Part shown: piece by piece, positions 8,642-16,273 of the stretch
How the letters are laid out: each line of letters opens with the position of its first letter
Position numbering within the stretch: the stretch's first letter is position 1
Assembly: GCA_000025185.1 (NCBI GenBank)
Contig: CP001848.1
Coordinates: 3,360,001-3,392,000 of the forward strand
Direction: 5' to 3'
Source: Pirellula staleyi DSM 6068
GTDB lineage: Bacteria; Planctomycetota; Planctomycetia; Pirellulales; Pirellulaceae
Length of the DNA stretch: 32,000 nucleotides
The notes under the pieces: generated by a model
Seen by the model: the letters and a program-made list of their open reading frames with translations, nothing else
Databases searched by the model: none
Told to the model about the DNA's origin: nothing
Translations under genes and position numbers: made by a program

Positions 8642-8938
8642 TTACATTCCGCTCCAGCTGGCGCTCGAACCGAAATCGAACGTTGCGCCGACGGCCATGA
8701 TCGAGAAGGTTGTTCCGCACCAAGCCCAGCTGCCATGATTCATGCCGATGGCGGCGACGGTGGCGAGCCCCATGCCAATGAGGCAAAGCACAAAGAAGGC
8801 CTGGCAGTATTTGTGATGCGAAGCATGCTGAATGCGCGCCAAAAAGATACTCACAAGACCTGTGAGTTGCAGGGCGAGCGTCAGGGCAAAAAAGGTGGGA
8901 TCAGCAGCATCGAACATCGCAAAGACTCCAGAATCCAT
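8642..8938 (-). CDS. Small integral membrane protein (three predicted TM spans)
   Basis: ORF 8642..9055. Start uncertain: ATG at 8938, 8917 or 9055. Hydrophobic spans PTFFALTLALQLTGLVSIFLA, AFFVLCLIGMGLATVAAIGM and WCGTTFSIMAVGATF. Its stop lies 93 nt upstream of the paralog A start, on the same strand. Confidence 0.55.
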   Translation of the reverse strand: MDSGVFAMFDAADPTFFALTLALQLTGLVSIFLARIQHASHHKYCQAFFVLCLIGMGLATVAAIGMNHGSWAWCGTTFSIMAVGATFDFGSSASWSGM

Positions 8939-9181
8939 TCCGGAAGGGGGCAAACAAGTTCGCTTGTCGTGACAAACGGGCAGCATTCTCATCCATGAGT
9001 AGGCAGCCGAGCCCCACTTTAGCGATTCTTGTGCCAGCACGCGATTATTTTCCAAATCGCAACTTCCCCTCGTTTATTTTCGGCAGTTTCACTGCTTCGA
9101 ATGCAAGCCTGCCACTCGGAGCGGTAAATCTTTCCAAATCTGATTTGTAGATCTTACAACCGAGAGCCCGCCGGAGGCTAG

Positions 9182-9309
9182 ATCACAATCTGCTAGCGGA
9201 CCCTAGTTCTAAATGTTTGAGATCGCTTTCAGAAAGTGCTAGCAGATTCTCTTGGAACGAACATCACGAAACTGCTAGCATTTTTACATGTTGGGGTGTG
9301 CTAGCGATT
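9182..9309. repeat. Cluster of four TGCTAGC(A)-core motif copies in a divergent promoter region
   Basis: Copies: ATCACAATCTGCTAGC 9182..9197 (fwd); TGCTAGCAGATT 9237..9248 (rev); ATCACGAAACTGCTAGCA 9263..9280 (fwd); TGCTAGCGATT 9299..9309 (rev). GCTAGC core spacings are 46, 36 and 26 bp. Confidence 0.75.
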
Positions 9310-9332
9310 GATAAACTCAAGGAGACTGGCGG

Positions 9333-9950
9333 ATGGACGGTTCCGATGAACGCGAAGCGAGTGAGTGGTATGAGAAGAAGTCGGGCTGGATGTCGGAATT
9401 GCTCGGCGAAGAGCACGATATGGTGATGCATGCCATCATTCCCTACGCGATCGGTGGCGGGCTCGATCTGTACTACTATCCCAACCAGGTGGAAGGGACA
9501 GGTATCGCGACGAAGGAACTTTGCGAACTCCCGGGGCAAGGATCGTCGAGCAAGCTGTTTCAGAACTACGAAATGGTGATGTTCACACGGCATCCACTCG
9601 ACCTCGATCTTGCGCAAGATGAAACCACTCCTTTCGGCGCAGCCCACAAGAGCATCAACGCATTTTTGAACTTCATGGCTCCCTACAGTGCCGAGGCTTC
9701 ACTGAATCCCTTCGAAACTTGCGAGTTTCCGGCGGAGATGGATATCGTTGGTGGGCGTTGCTTGATTTTTGATTACTACGGGGCAACGTCGGAGGATTTC
9801 CCAGCCGAGTTTGGCATGCTGCTGCTCATCGAGATCTTTCCGAGCGAAATGGCTTTCGCACGTGAAAACGGTGGCGACGCACTCATCAAACTGCTGCGAG
9901 AGCGTGACCACCATCCGTACAGCGATCTCGATCGCGAACCGGTGGCGTAG
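9333..9950 (+). CDS. SUFU-like (suppressor of fused family) domain protein
   Basis: 205 aa, with AAGGAG 8 nt upstream of the ATG. The motif order resembles bacterial SUFU-family proteins: HAIIPYAIGGGLDLYYYP, GIATKELCEL, YEMVMFTR, then LLLIEIFPSEMAFARENGGDALIKLL...SDLDREPV. The assignment is from memory of the family pattern, not a search. Confidence 0.6.
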   Translation: MDGSDEREASEWYEKKSGWMSELLGEEHDMVMHAIIPYAIGGGLDLYYYPNQVEGTGIATKELCELPGQGSSSKLFQNYEMVMFTRHPLDLDLAQDETTPFGAAHKSINAFLNFMAPYSAEASLNPFETCEFPAEMDIVGGRCLIFDYYGATSEDFPAEFGMLLLIEIFPSEMAFARENGGDALIKLLRERDHHPYSDLDREPVA

Positions 9951-9998
9951 TTCGTCGAACAATTGAGACCCGAGTTTCAGGTCGGTTCCCGCAGTTTC

Positions 9999-10027
9999 AA
10001 ACCTTGCTGTTTGCGCAAGGTTTTCTT
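9999..10027 (+). terminator. Terminator-like hairpin after the SUFU-like gene
   Basis: 9-bp stem AAACCTTGC (9999..10007) / GCAAGGTTT (10015..10023) with a 7-nt loop, running into TTTTCTT. Confidence 0.5.
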
Positions 10028-10351
10028 GGCGATGCTGTACGCCTGTGAATCTGCTTGCGAGAGATTTCTTTTTTTCTAACTCTCGTTCAGTCAAGTGTTT
10101 GCGCAGCGGCTGCTGAAGCTTGTGACCTAACGTGTCCGAGCCCCCGCGATAAATCTAGCACCGGGGCTGATTGAGCTTCGGAGTGAAAGAATCTGCAAGT
10201 TGAAGTGTGGCGAAAAGCAAGGCGTCGTTCGAGTACGTCAGCCCGCGATCAAGCCCGCTTCGCAGATTCGCGCCGCACGACTTCAGGCAAGACCGCCTGG
10301 GATCGCGGCGCAGAGTCAACCGCAAGCCATTCCACAAAAGGGAGTTTGAAG

Positions 10352-10633
10352 ATGTCGAAGTTTCAAGTGCAGTCGGGTTCGCTGAAGATCACCATCGTTG
10401 CTGAAACCGCTTACGACGCTGCTATGGAAGCGGTCGCTTGGTGGGGCGATCGCACGTCGAACATGAATCGCGATCAAGACCGACCCTCGCTGGCTGCGGA
10501 CTTGGTGGTGAAAACCGAGAAGGGGCGCACCAGCCGATTTCCAACCTATCCGCTCGTTGCCCGCTCGCAAGGACAAGCAGGCCGCGACGCTTGGGCTTCG
10601 CTTCTCCAGCGTGCAGTGGCTGGTTGTGGCTAG
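10352..10633 (+). CDS. Small hypothetical protein (93 aa), paralog 1 of a tandem pair
   Basis: ATG at 10352 preceded by AAGGGAG. The N-terminus MSKFQVQSGSLKITIVAETAYDAAMEAVAWW aligns with the next gene's MAKYYVESGEFKLVCEAHTQRGAALWAVHRC. Confidence 0.6.
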   Translation: MSKFQVQSGSLKITIVAETAYDAAMEAVAWWGDRTSNMNRDQDRPSLAADLVVKTEKGRTSRFPTYPLVARSQGQAGRDAWASLLQRAVAGCG

Positions 10634-10651
10634 TCGGCTATTCAGTTGGTT

Positions 10652-10680
10652 CTTACAAGATCAATCAAGCACATATTAAT
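10652..10680 (+). promoter_or_regulatory. Candidate sigma70-like promoter for the second small gene
   Basis: TTACAA (10652..10657), a 17-nt spacer, then TTAATA (10675..10680), inside a locally AT-rich spacer. Confidence 0.3.
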
Positions 10681-10725
10681 ACATAACTTCTAACAGAATC
10701 TTATAACCGAAGGCGAAGGATTGTC

Positions 10726-11040
10726 ATGGCAAAATATTATGTGGAATCGGGTGAGTTCAAGTTGGTTTGTGAAGCTCACACACAGCGCGGTGCGGCACTT
10801 TGGGCTGTGCATCGTTGCTTGTCGCAGAGCCTGCCATTTCTAGGTGCCGACGAATCGGAAAACGATTTGCAACCTCGCAAGCGACTCGATGCCAAGATGC
10901 AGGTGAATGAAGTTGGCTTTCAGCGTGGTGATGCCAAGACTTACGATACTTTTGAACTCGTTACCGAATGGAACCACTTGATGGTGGCGCTGGGGCGACT
11001 TGAAGAAGAACTGGCAGCCCGTGAACCAGTGGGCGTGTAG
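10726..11040 (+). CDS. Small hypothetical protein (104 aa), paralog 2 of a tandem pair
   Basis: ATG preceded by GAAGGA. It shares N-terminal and central motifs with the 10352..10633 product (TY....LV segment). Confidence 0.65.
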   Translation: MAKYYVESGEFKLVCEAHTQRGAALWAVHRCLSQSLPFLGADESENDLQPRKRLDAKMQVNEVGFQRGDAKTYDTFELVTEWNHLMVALGRLEEELAAREPVGV

Positions 11041-11188
11041 CGCAGAGCGCTGGAGAGCGCGGGAGACCGATAAGCTTTGTTGCAGCGGACACAAAGGCTG
11101 AGCAGTAGAACCGGCCTCAGGTGTGGAGTAGATTGGCGAGCGGCCAGGAATCTGCTTCTCCCTTTGAATTTCGGAGTTCATCGCCAGC

Positions 11189-12088
11189 ATGCTCAGCCTC
11201 CTTCGAATTTACGTGTTGCCAGTCTTAGCGATCCTTGTTGCTTGCGGGATGTCGTGCCTCACCTCCGCAAAAGTGAGCGCGGCTGAAGAGTCGTATCCCA
11301 AACCGCCCGAAGCTGTTCGCAAAGAAGGTGTGCCGCAGGGGAAAATCACCAAGTTCGTCCACGAGAGCAAGGTTTTTGAAGGTACGAGGCGCGACGTTTC
11401 GGTCTACATTCCTGCTCAGGCCGATGGCAAGTCGCCACTGGCTGTGATGGTATTTCAGGATGGGCACACCTATCTCAAGGAAGGTGGAGATTTCAGTGCC
11501 ACCATTGTGATGGACAACCTGATTCACGCTGCTGAAATGCCGTTGACGGTCGGGATCTTCATCGATCCAGGGCACAAGGGTGATAGCAAGGTCGAGTCGC
11601 CGTGGCGCAACAACAATCGTAGCTTCGAATACGACACGCTAAGCGATCAGTATGCACGCATGGTGATCGACGAGATTTTGCCCAAGGTCGCCGAAATGCA
11701 TCCGCTGACCAGTGATCCCCAGCAGCGAGCGATTTGCGGCATCTCTTCTGGAGGAATTTGCGCTTTCACGGTGGCTTGGGAGCGTCCCGACGCGTTTCGT
11801 AAAGTGCTGAGTCACGTCGGCAGCTTCACCAACATTCGTGGTGGCCATGTCTATCCAGCACTCATCCGCAAGACGGAGAGAAAGCCACTGCGCGTCTTTT
11901 TGCAGGATGGCAGTAACGACGTCGATAACGAGCATGGCAGTTGGTGGCTAGCGAACCTCGAGATGGAAGCTGCTTTGAAATACTCGAAGTACGACTATAA
12001 ATTTGTCGGTAGCGAAGGTGGCCACAACGGAAAACATGGCGGCAGCATTCTGCCCGACTCTCTCCGCTGGCTTTGGCGGATGGAATAG
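11189..12088 (+). CDS. Secreted alpha/beta-hydrolase, putative esterase family (enterochelin-esterase-like)
   Basis: 299 aa. Signal peptide MLSLLRIYVLPVLAILVACGMSCLTSAKVSA. Nucleophile-elbow-like motif GISSGG. C-terminal GGHNGKHGG. Overall layout typical of 'putative esterase' proteins. Confidence 0.75.
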   Translation: MLSLLRIYVLPVLAILVACGMSCLTSAKVSAAEESYPKPPEAVRKEGVPQGKITKFVHESKVFEGTRRDVSVYIPAQADGKSPLAVMVFQDGHTYLKEGGDFSATIVMDNLIHAAEMPLTVGIFIDPGHKGDSKVESPWRNNNRSFEYDTLSDQYARMVIDEILPKVAEMHPLTSDPQQRAICGISSGGICAFTVAWERPDAFRKVLSHVGSFTNIRGGHVYPALIRKTERKPLRVFLQDGSNDVDNEHGSWWLANLEMEAALKYSKYDYKFVGSEGGHNGKHGGSILPDSLRWLWRME

Positions 12089-12617
12089 CCTCGCCCGGCA
12101 GCGCATTTTTCACACCTGCGGCAATCTGCTCTCGATTGCCGTATGCCCCGGCTTTTTTGCCTCCCGTCATTTTCTTCTTCGCGACGGCGCCTTGCTTTTA
12201 TTAAAAACCACCCATAAGGCGTAGTCTTCTTCATCGTTTTTTCACTGAATCTTCACGTGACGGGCGTGTGAAGATGGTTTGATGGGGAGCATGCAAGCAA
12301 GCGTTGTGCGTGCCGTAAAAGCTCCTGGCGACGGGAGTTCTCTACTGCCGACGTGATGCCAAATCGCCCTAGCTGGCGGCTTGGGACCCAGCGCTCGATG
12401 CTGCATTGCCGGGGATTGCGAGAGCTCGCCAAGCGCTCGATGATCGGCATGTTCTCGCCGGTCGAAAGCTGTTTGTGCCTCGTGGAATGTCGTCTCGTCG
12501 AATCGACTAACCCCCAACGATGGCCTGCAGCGGAATGGACGCCTGTATTTGCGGGTGGCAAGGTGCCTCTCGAAGCATGGCCGCGACTGGCAGTTACGTC
12601 GAAAGAGTCTTGGTTCC

Positions 12618-13298
12618 ATGAGCAAGCACTTGCAGCGCGATCTCGAAAACCTGAACACCGAACTCCTCACCATTTCTTCGATGGTCGAGGAAATGATCGA
12701 CAAGGCCACGCAGGCACTCGCCGAGCGGAAGCACGAGTTGGCCACGCAAGTGGTGGAGTCAGATTCGTTCGTCGATCAGCGCGAAGTGCATGTCGAAGAA
12801 GAATGCCTGAAAATGCTAGCCCTTCATCAACCTGTGGCGGTCGACCTGCGTCGGATTGCCACCGTGATGAAGGTGAACAACGATCTCGAACGCATCGCCG
12901 ATCTCGCCGTCAGCATTGCCCAGCGTGCTTTGGCGATGGACGAATATCCCGCGTTTCCGATTCCCGAACGGCTCTCGCGCATGGTGGTGCTCACCACGCA
13001 AATGGTGCGCGGCACGATGGATGCCTTCGTGAATGCCGATAACGCCGCCGCTCGTCGCATCATGGCGATGGACCATGAAGTCGACCAGTACAACTGCGAC
13101 ATCATCGCCGAACTCCAAAATTTGATGCAAAAGCGAAGCGAACTCGTTTCCCCCGCTTTGCACTGTTTTTCAGCGGTTCGACACCTCGAGCGCATCGCCG
13201 ATCACGCCACGAACATTGCGGAAGATGTGGTCTACCTCGTCGAGGGAGATATCGTGCGTCACCGCAATCATTCCTCCGAACAATCTCCGTCTAGTTGA
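12618..13298 (+). CDS. phoU: Phosphate signalling regulator PhoU
   Basis: Start taken at the ATG at 12618 (MSKHLQRDLENL...). Two PhoU repeats with NNDLERIADLAVSIA and RHLERIADHATNIAEDVVY. Confidence 0.9.
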   Translation: MSKHLQRDLENLNTELLTISSMVEEMIDKATQALAERKHELATQVVESDSFVDQREVHVEEECLKMLALHQPVAVDLRRIATVMKVNNDLERIADLAVSIAQRALAMDEYPAFPIPERLSRMVVLTTQMVRGTMDAFVNADNAAARRIMAMDHEVDQYNCDIIAELQNLMQKRSELVSPALHCFSAVRHLERIADHATNIAEDVVYLVEGDIVRHRNHSSEQSPSS

Positions 13299-13328
13299 TT
13301 CGCACAAAACCTGTAGCTGAGCTCTGTT

Positions 13329-14039
13329 ATGGCCAAAACGAAGGTTCTGGTAATTGAAGACGATCGATCGCTCGCCGAAGTGTTGTCCTACAACCTGAAG
13401 CAAGCCGGCTACGAAGTGCTGACCGCTTCCGATGGCCAAGATGGTCTACTCCAAGCTCAGTTAAAAACTCCCGATATTGTGCTGCTCGATCTGATGTTGC
13501 CAGTGATCGACGGACTCGATGTCTGTCGCCGCTTGCGGGCCGATTCATCGATGCGTGATCTGCTGATCATCATGCTCACTGCCAAAGCGGAAGAAACCGA
13601 CGAACTGGTTGGCTTTTCGCTCGGTGCCGACGACTATGTCGCCAAGCCTTTCAGCGTGAAAGTGCTGCTCGAGCGTATGAAGGCACTCCGCCGACGTCGC
13701 AGCGGCGAAGCAACTCCCGAGGAAGTGACCAGCCGCCTTGGAGTCACTGTCGACCGTCGTCGCCATCAGGCGATGGCCGACGGCAAGCCGCTGCAGCTCA
13801 CCCGCAGCGAATTCCGCCTCCTCGATACCCTCATTCGCCAGCCAGGCCGTGTGTTTCATCGCGCTGAGCTGATCGACGCTGCCCTGGGCGAGGACACGAT
13901 GGTGATGGAACGGACGATCGATGTCCATATTCGCGCGTTACGCCGCAAGCTCGGGCAATACGCCGACGTCATCGAAACCGTTCGGGGCGTGGGATATCGG
14001 TATCGCGACATCGAAACAACCAGCGAAGTTGCTAGCTAG
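13329..14039 (+). CDS. OmpR/PhoB-family response regulator (receiver plus winged-helix)
   Basis: Receiver motifs VLVIEDD, LLDLMLPVIDG, TAKAEE, GADDYVAKPF. C-terminal RTIDVHIRALRRKL...VRGVGYRY. Adjacency to phoU suggests a PhoB/PhoP role. Confidence 0.9.
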   Translation: MAKTKVLVIEDDRSLAEVLSYNLKQAGYEVLTASDGQDGLLQAQLKTPDIVLLDLMLPVIDGLDVCRRLRADSSMRDLLIIMLTAKAEETDELVGFSLGADDYVAKPFSVKVLLERMKALRRRRSGEATPEEVTSRLGVTVDRRRHQAMADGKPLQLTRSEFRLLDTLIRQPGRVFHRAELIDAALGEDTMVMERTIDVHIRALRRKLGQYADVIETVRGVGYRYRDIETTSEVAS

Positions 14040-14107
14040 AAGCTACTCGACGCGAATTTTTCTCCCCGCCGCTCGCCGTCCAAGCAGTGGTCTACTAAAC
14101 TTGTGGC

Positions 14108-14707
14108 ATGTTCACAGGACTAGTGGAAATGAAGGGGAAGGTTGCAAAGCTCGACGAGCAAGACGTCGGCGTGCGACTTTCCATCGAAGCCCCCGAAATC
14201 GCTAAAACCGTAGCGATCGGGGATAGCATCTGCATCAGTGGTTGCTGCCTAACGGTGGTCAAAAAAAACACGAAAACCATGGTTTTCGAAGCCGGGCGTG
14301 AAACGCTCAGCCGCACTAGTCTGGGCCGGCTCGAGATCGGCAGCAGCGTGAATCTCGAGCGCTCTTTGGCCGTTGGCGACCGCCTCGGCGGTCACTTTGT
14401 GACCGGCCATATCGACTGCACGGGAACAGTGATGAAAGTGCGGGAAGAGGGGGCCTGGTCTTATCTTACGTTCCGAATTCCCCGGCGAATTGCATCGCAA
14501 ATTGCCGCCAAAGGCTCAATCACGATCGATGGCGTAAGTCTCACGGTGGTCGACGCTGAACTCGATCGCTTTAGCGTGGCCCTGATCCCTCACACGCTGT
14601 CGATGACCACGCTCGGTGAGCTTGTGGTTGGCGATCTCGTGAATCTCGAGACCGACATCCTCGCCAAATACCTCGAGCGACAGCTACAATCGACGAAGCG
14701 TTTCTAA
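14108..14707 (+). CDS. ribE: Riboflavin synthase alpha chain
   Basis: MFTGLVE...GDSICISGCCLTVV, a second lumazine-binding repeat GSITIDGVSLTVV, and 199 aa length. Confidence 0.9.
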   Translation: MFTGLVEMKGKVAKLDEQDVGVRLSIEAPEIAKTVAIGDSICISGCCLTVVKKNTKTMVFEAGRETLSRTSLGRLEIGSSVNLERSLAVGDRLGGHFVTGHIDCTGTVMKVREEGAWSYLTFRIPRRIASQIAAKGSITIDGVSLTVVDAELDRFSVALIPHTLSMTTLGELVVGDLVNLETDILAKYLERQLQSTKRF

Positions 14708-14792
14708 CAGCTCCCGCTGTTGGGTCGCCCAGCTTCGTTTCTTTCCTTTGTAGGTCGGTGAGTCTGCTTGGCTTGCCGGCAGATGGACCATC

Positions 14793-15719
14793 ATGACATC
14801 GGCCCGCCAGACCGTTTCGTACCTCACCAGTCGCTTTCGCGAAGCGGGAATTCGGCCCGAAATTCGCCACGGGCAGAACTTTCTGGTCGACCTGAACCTC
14901 CTTGATCTGCTGGCCGATGCCGCCCAAATCACCGAGGACGACGTGGTGCTGGAAGTGGGGACCGGCCTCGGCTCCCTCACTTCCCGACTGGCTGAGCGTG
15001 CGGCCGAGGTGGTGACCATCGAAATCGACGAACGTCTGGCTGCCATGGCAGAGGAAGAGCTCGAAGATTTCGACAACGTAACCCTTGTCCTGCGCGATGC
15101 TTTGGAGTCGAAGCACAAGCTCAGTACCGAGGTGATGGACATCGTCCGCGCTAAGTTGGCGGAAGCTCCCGGTCGACGCTTCAAACTAGCGGCTAATTTG
15201 CCCTACAATGTCGCGACACTCATTATTTCGAACCTACTCGCAAGCGATCCGTGCCCCGTTTCGATGACCGTGACCATCCAGAAGGAATTGGCCGATCGAA
15301 TCGTCGCACCGCACGGAACCAAGGACTACAGCGGTTTGAGCATTTGGGTCCAGTCGCAGTGCGAAGCGAAAATTGTCAGAATAATTCCTCCGCAGGTTTT
15401 TTGGCCCCCGCCGAAGGTCCATTCGGCAATCTTACACCTCGAACATAGTCAGGCATTGGCCTCGCAGCTTCGCGATCCTGCCTACTTTCACTCCTTCATT
15501 CGGGCAATCTTTCTGCACCGCCGGAAGTTTCTGAGGGGTGTTCTGGCCAAGCTTTTCGATGGTCAGCTGACGAAGAACGATATTGACCAACTCTTTGTAG
15601 AGAAACAGCTTACGCCAGAAACCAGGGCCGAAGAATTGCCGGTGGCAACACTCGTCGAGCTGTCGCACTGGCTCCTCGATCGGGGGCTCAAAGTCGAGCT
15701 CGCCTCCGATCAGAAGTAG
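14793..15719 (+). CDS. rsmA: 16S rRNA (adenine1518/1519-N6)-dimethyltransferase
   Basis: HGQNFLVD, SAM-binding motif VLEVGTGLGSLT, NLPYNVAT. Confidence 0.9.
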   Translation: MTSARQTVSYLTSRFREAGIRPEIRHGQNFLVDLNLLDLLADAAQITEDDVVLEVGTGLGSLTSRLAERAAEVVTIEIDERLAAMAEEELEDFDNVTLVLRDALESKHKLSTEVMDIVRAKLAEAPGRRFKLAANLPYNVATLIISNLLASDPCPVSMTVTIQKELADRIVAPHGTKDYSGLSIWVQSQCEAKIVRIIPPQVFWPPPKVHSAILHLEHSQALASQLRDPAYFHSFIRAIFLHRRKFLRGVLAKLFDGQLTKNDIDQLFVEKQLTPETRAEELPVATLVELSHWLLDRGLKVELASDQK

Positions 15720-15753
15720 TCGAAGTGGAAGAGCCTAACGAAAACGCCGCAAA

Positions 15754-15764
15754 AATCGCTAGCA
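15754..15764. repeat. Copy of the AATCGCTAGCA motif upstream of the rpsJ promoter candidate
   Basis: AATCGCTAGCA is identical to the reverse complement of 9299..9309. It lies 46 nt upstream of the candidate -35 element. Confidence 0.5.
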
Positions 15765-15809
15765 GTGGCTCCGCTATCAAACTTTCAGCAAAATTGCGGT
15801 CCCCGGGTG

Positions 15810-15838
15810 TTGACGGTCTTGCCCGGGCTCTTTACACT
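15810..15838 (+). promoter_or_regulatory. Candidate sigma70-type promoter of the ribosomal protein cluster
   Basis: TTGACG (15810..15815), an exactly 17-nt spacer, then TACACT (15833..15838). This is about 110 nt upstream of the rpsJ start. Confidence 0.5.
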
Positions 15839-15949
15839 CCTCTGTTTCCCACCCAGGGAAAACTAAAAGCAAAGAGTTTCACAGCGGTGACCGATCTCTA
15901 GTGGATCGATTAAGCAGTGAGACGGTGCAGCACTTTTGGAGCTGGTATT

Positions 15950-16273
15950 GTGGCTGGACAGAAGGAAGTAATTCGCATTCGGATGGAAGCCTACGATCAC
16001 GCCATTCTTGACCAGAGTGCGCTGGAAATCGTGGACACGGCTAAGCGAACCCATAGCGAGGTTCATGGCCCCATTCCACTCCCCACGCGAGTCGAACGCT
16101 ACACCGTTCTCTCGGGTCCGACCATCGATAAGAAGGCTCGGCAGCAATTTGAAATTCGTACGCACAAGCGGCTGATCGACATCGTTCAGGCTACGGCCAA
16201 GACGATCGAAGCGCTCAATAAGTTGAGCTTGCCTGCTGGTGTGGATATCAAGATTAAAGCCTCCTCGCGATAG
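15950..16273 (+). CDS. rpsJ: 30S ribosomal protein S10
   Basis: [16 protein letters not shown]...GPIPLPT...[12 protein letters not shown]. The GTG at 15950 follows GGAG; the ORF-track ATG at 15917 would add non-conserved residues. Confidence 0.95.
   Translation: MAGQKEVIRIRMEAYDHAILDQSALEIVDTAKRTHSEVHGPIPLPTRVERYTVLSGPTIDKKARQQFEIRTHKRLIDIVQATAKTIEALNKLSLPAGVDIKIKASSR

Noticed and set aside
9699-10094. 131-aa minus-strand ORF overlapping the 3' end of the SUFU-like gene
   Set aside because: It lies antisense to a better-supported gene and runs through the terminator-like hairpin. It has no motif or RBS.
12138-12158. Possible terminator after the esterase gene (GCCG-N7-CGGC followed by TTTTTT)
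   Set aside because: The stem is only 4 bp. The nearby GGCAAT/ATTGCC stem (12120..12140) lies 12 nt from the T-run. This is too weak to call.
12242-13042. ORFs of 167 aa (minus) and 229 aa (plus) overlapping the phoU 5' region
   Set aside because: Both overlap the well-supported phoU frame and translate to Arg-rich, low-complexity sequence.
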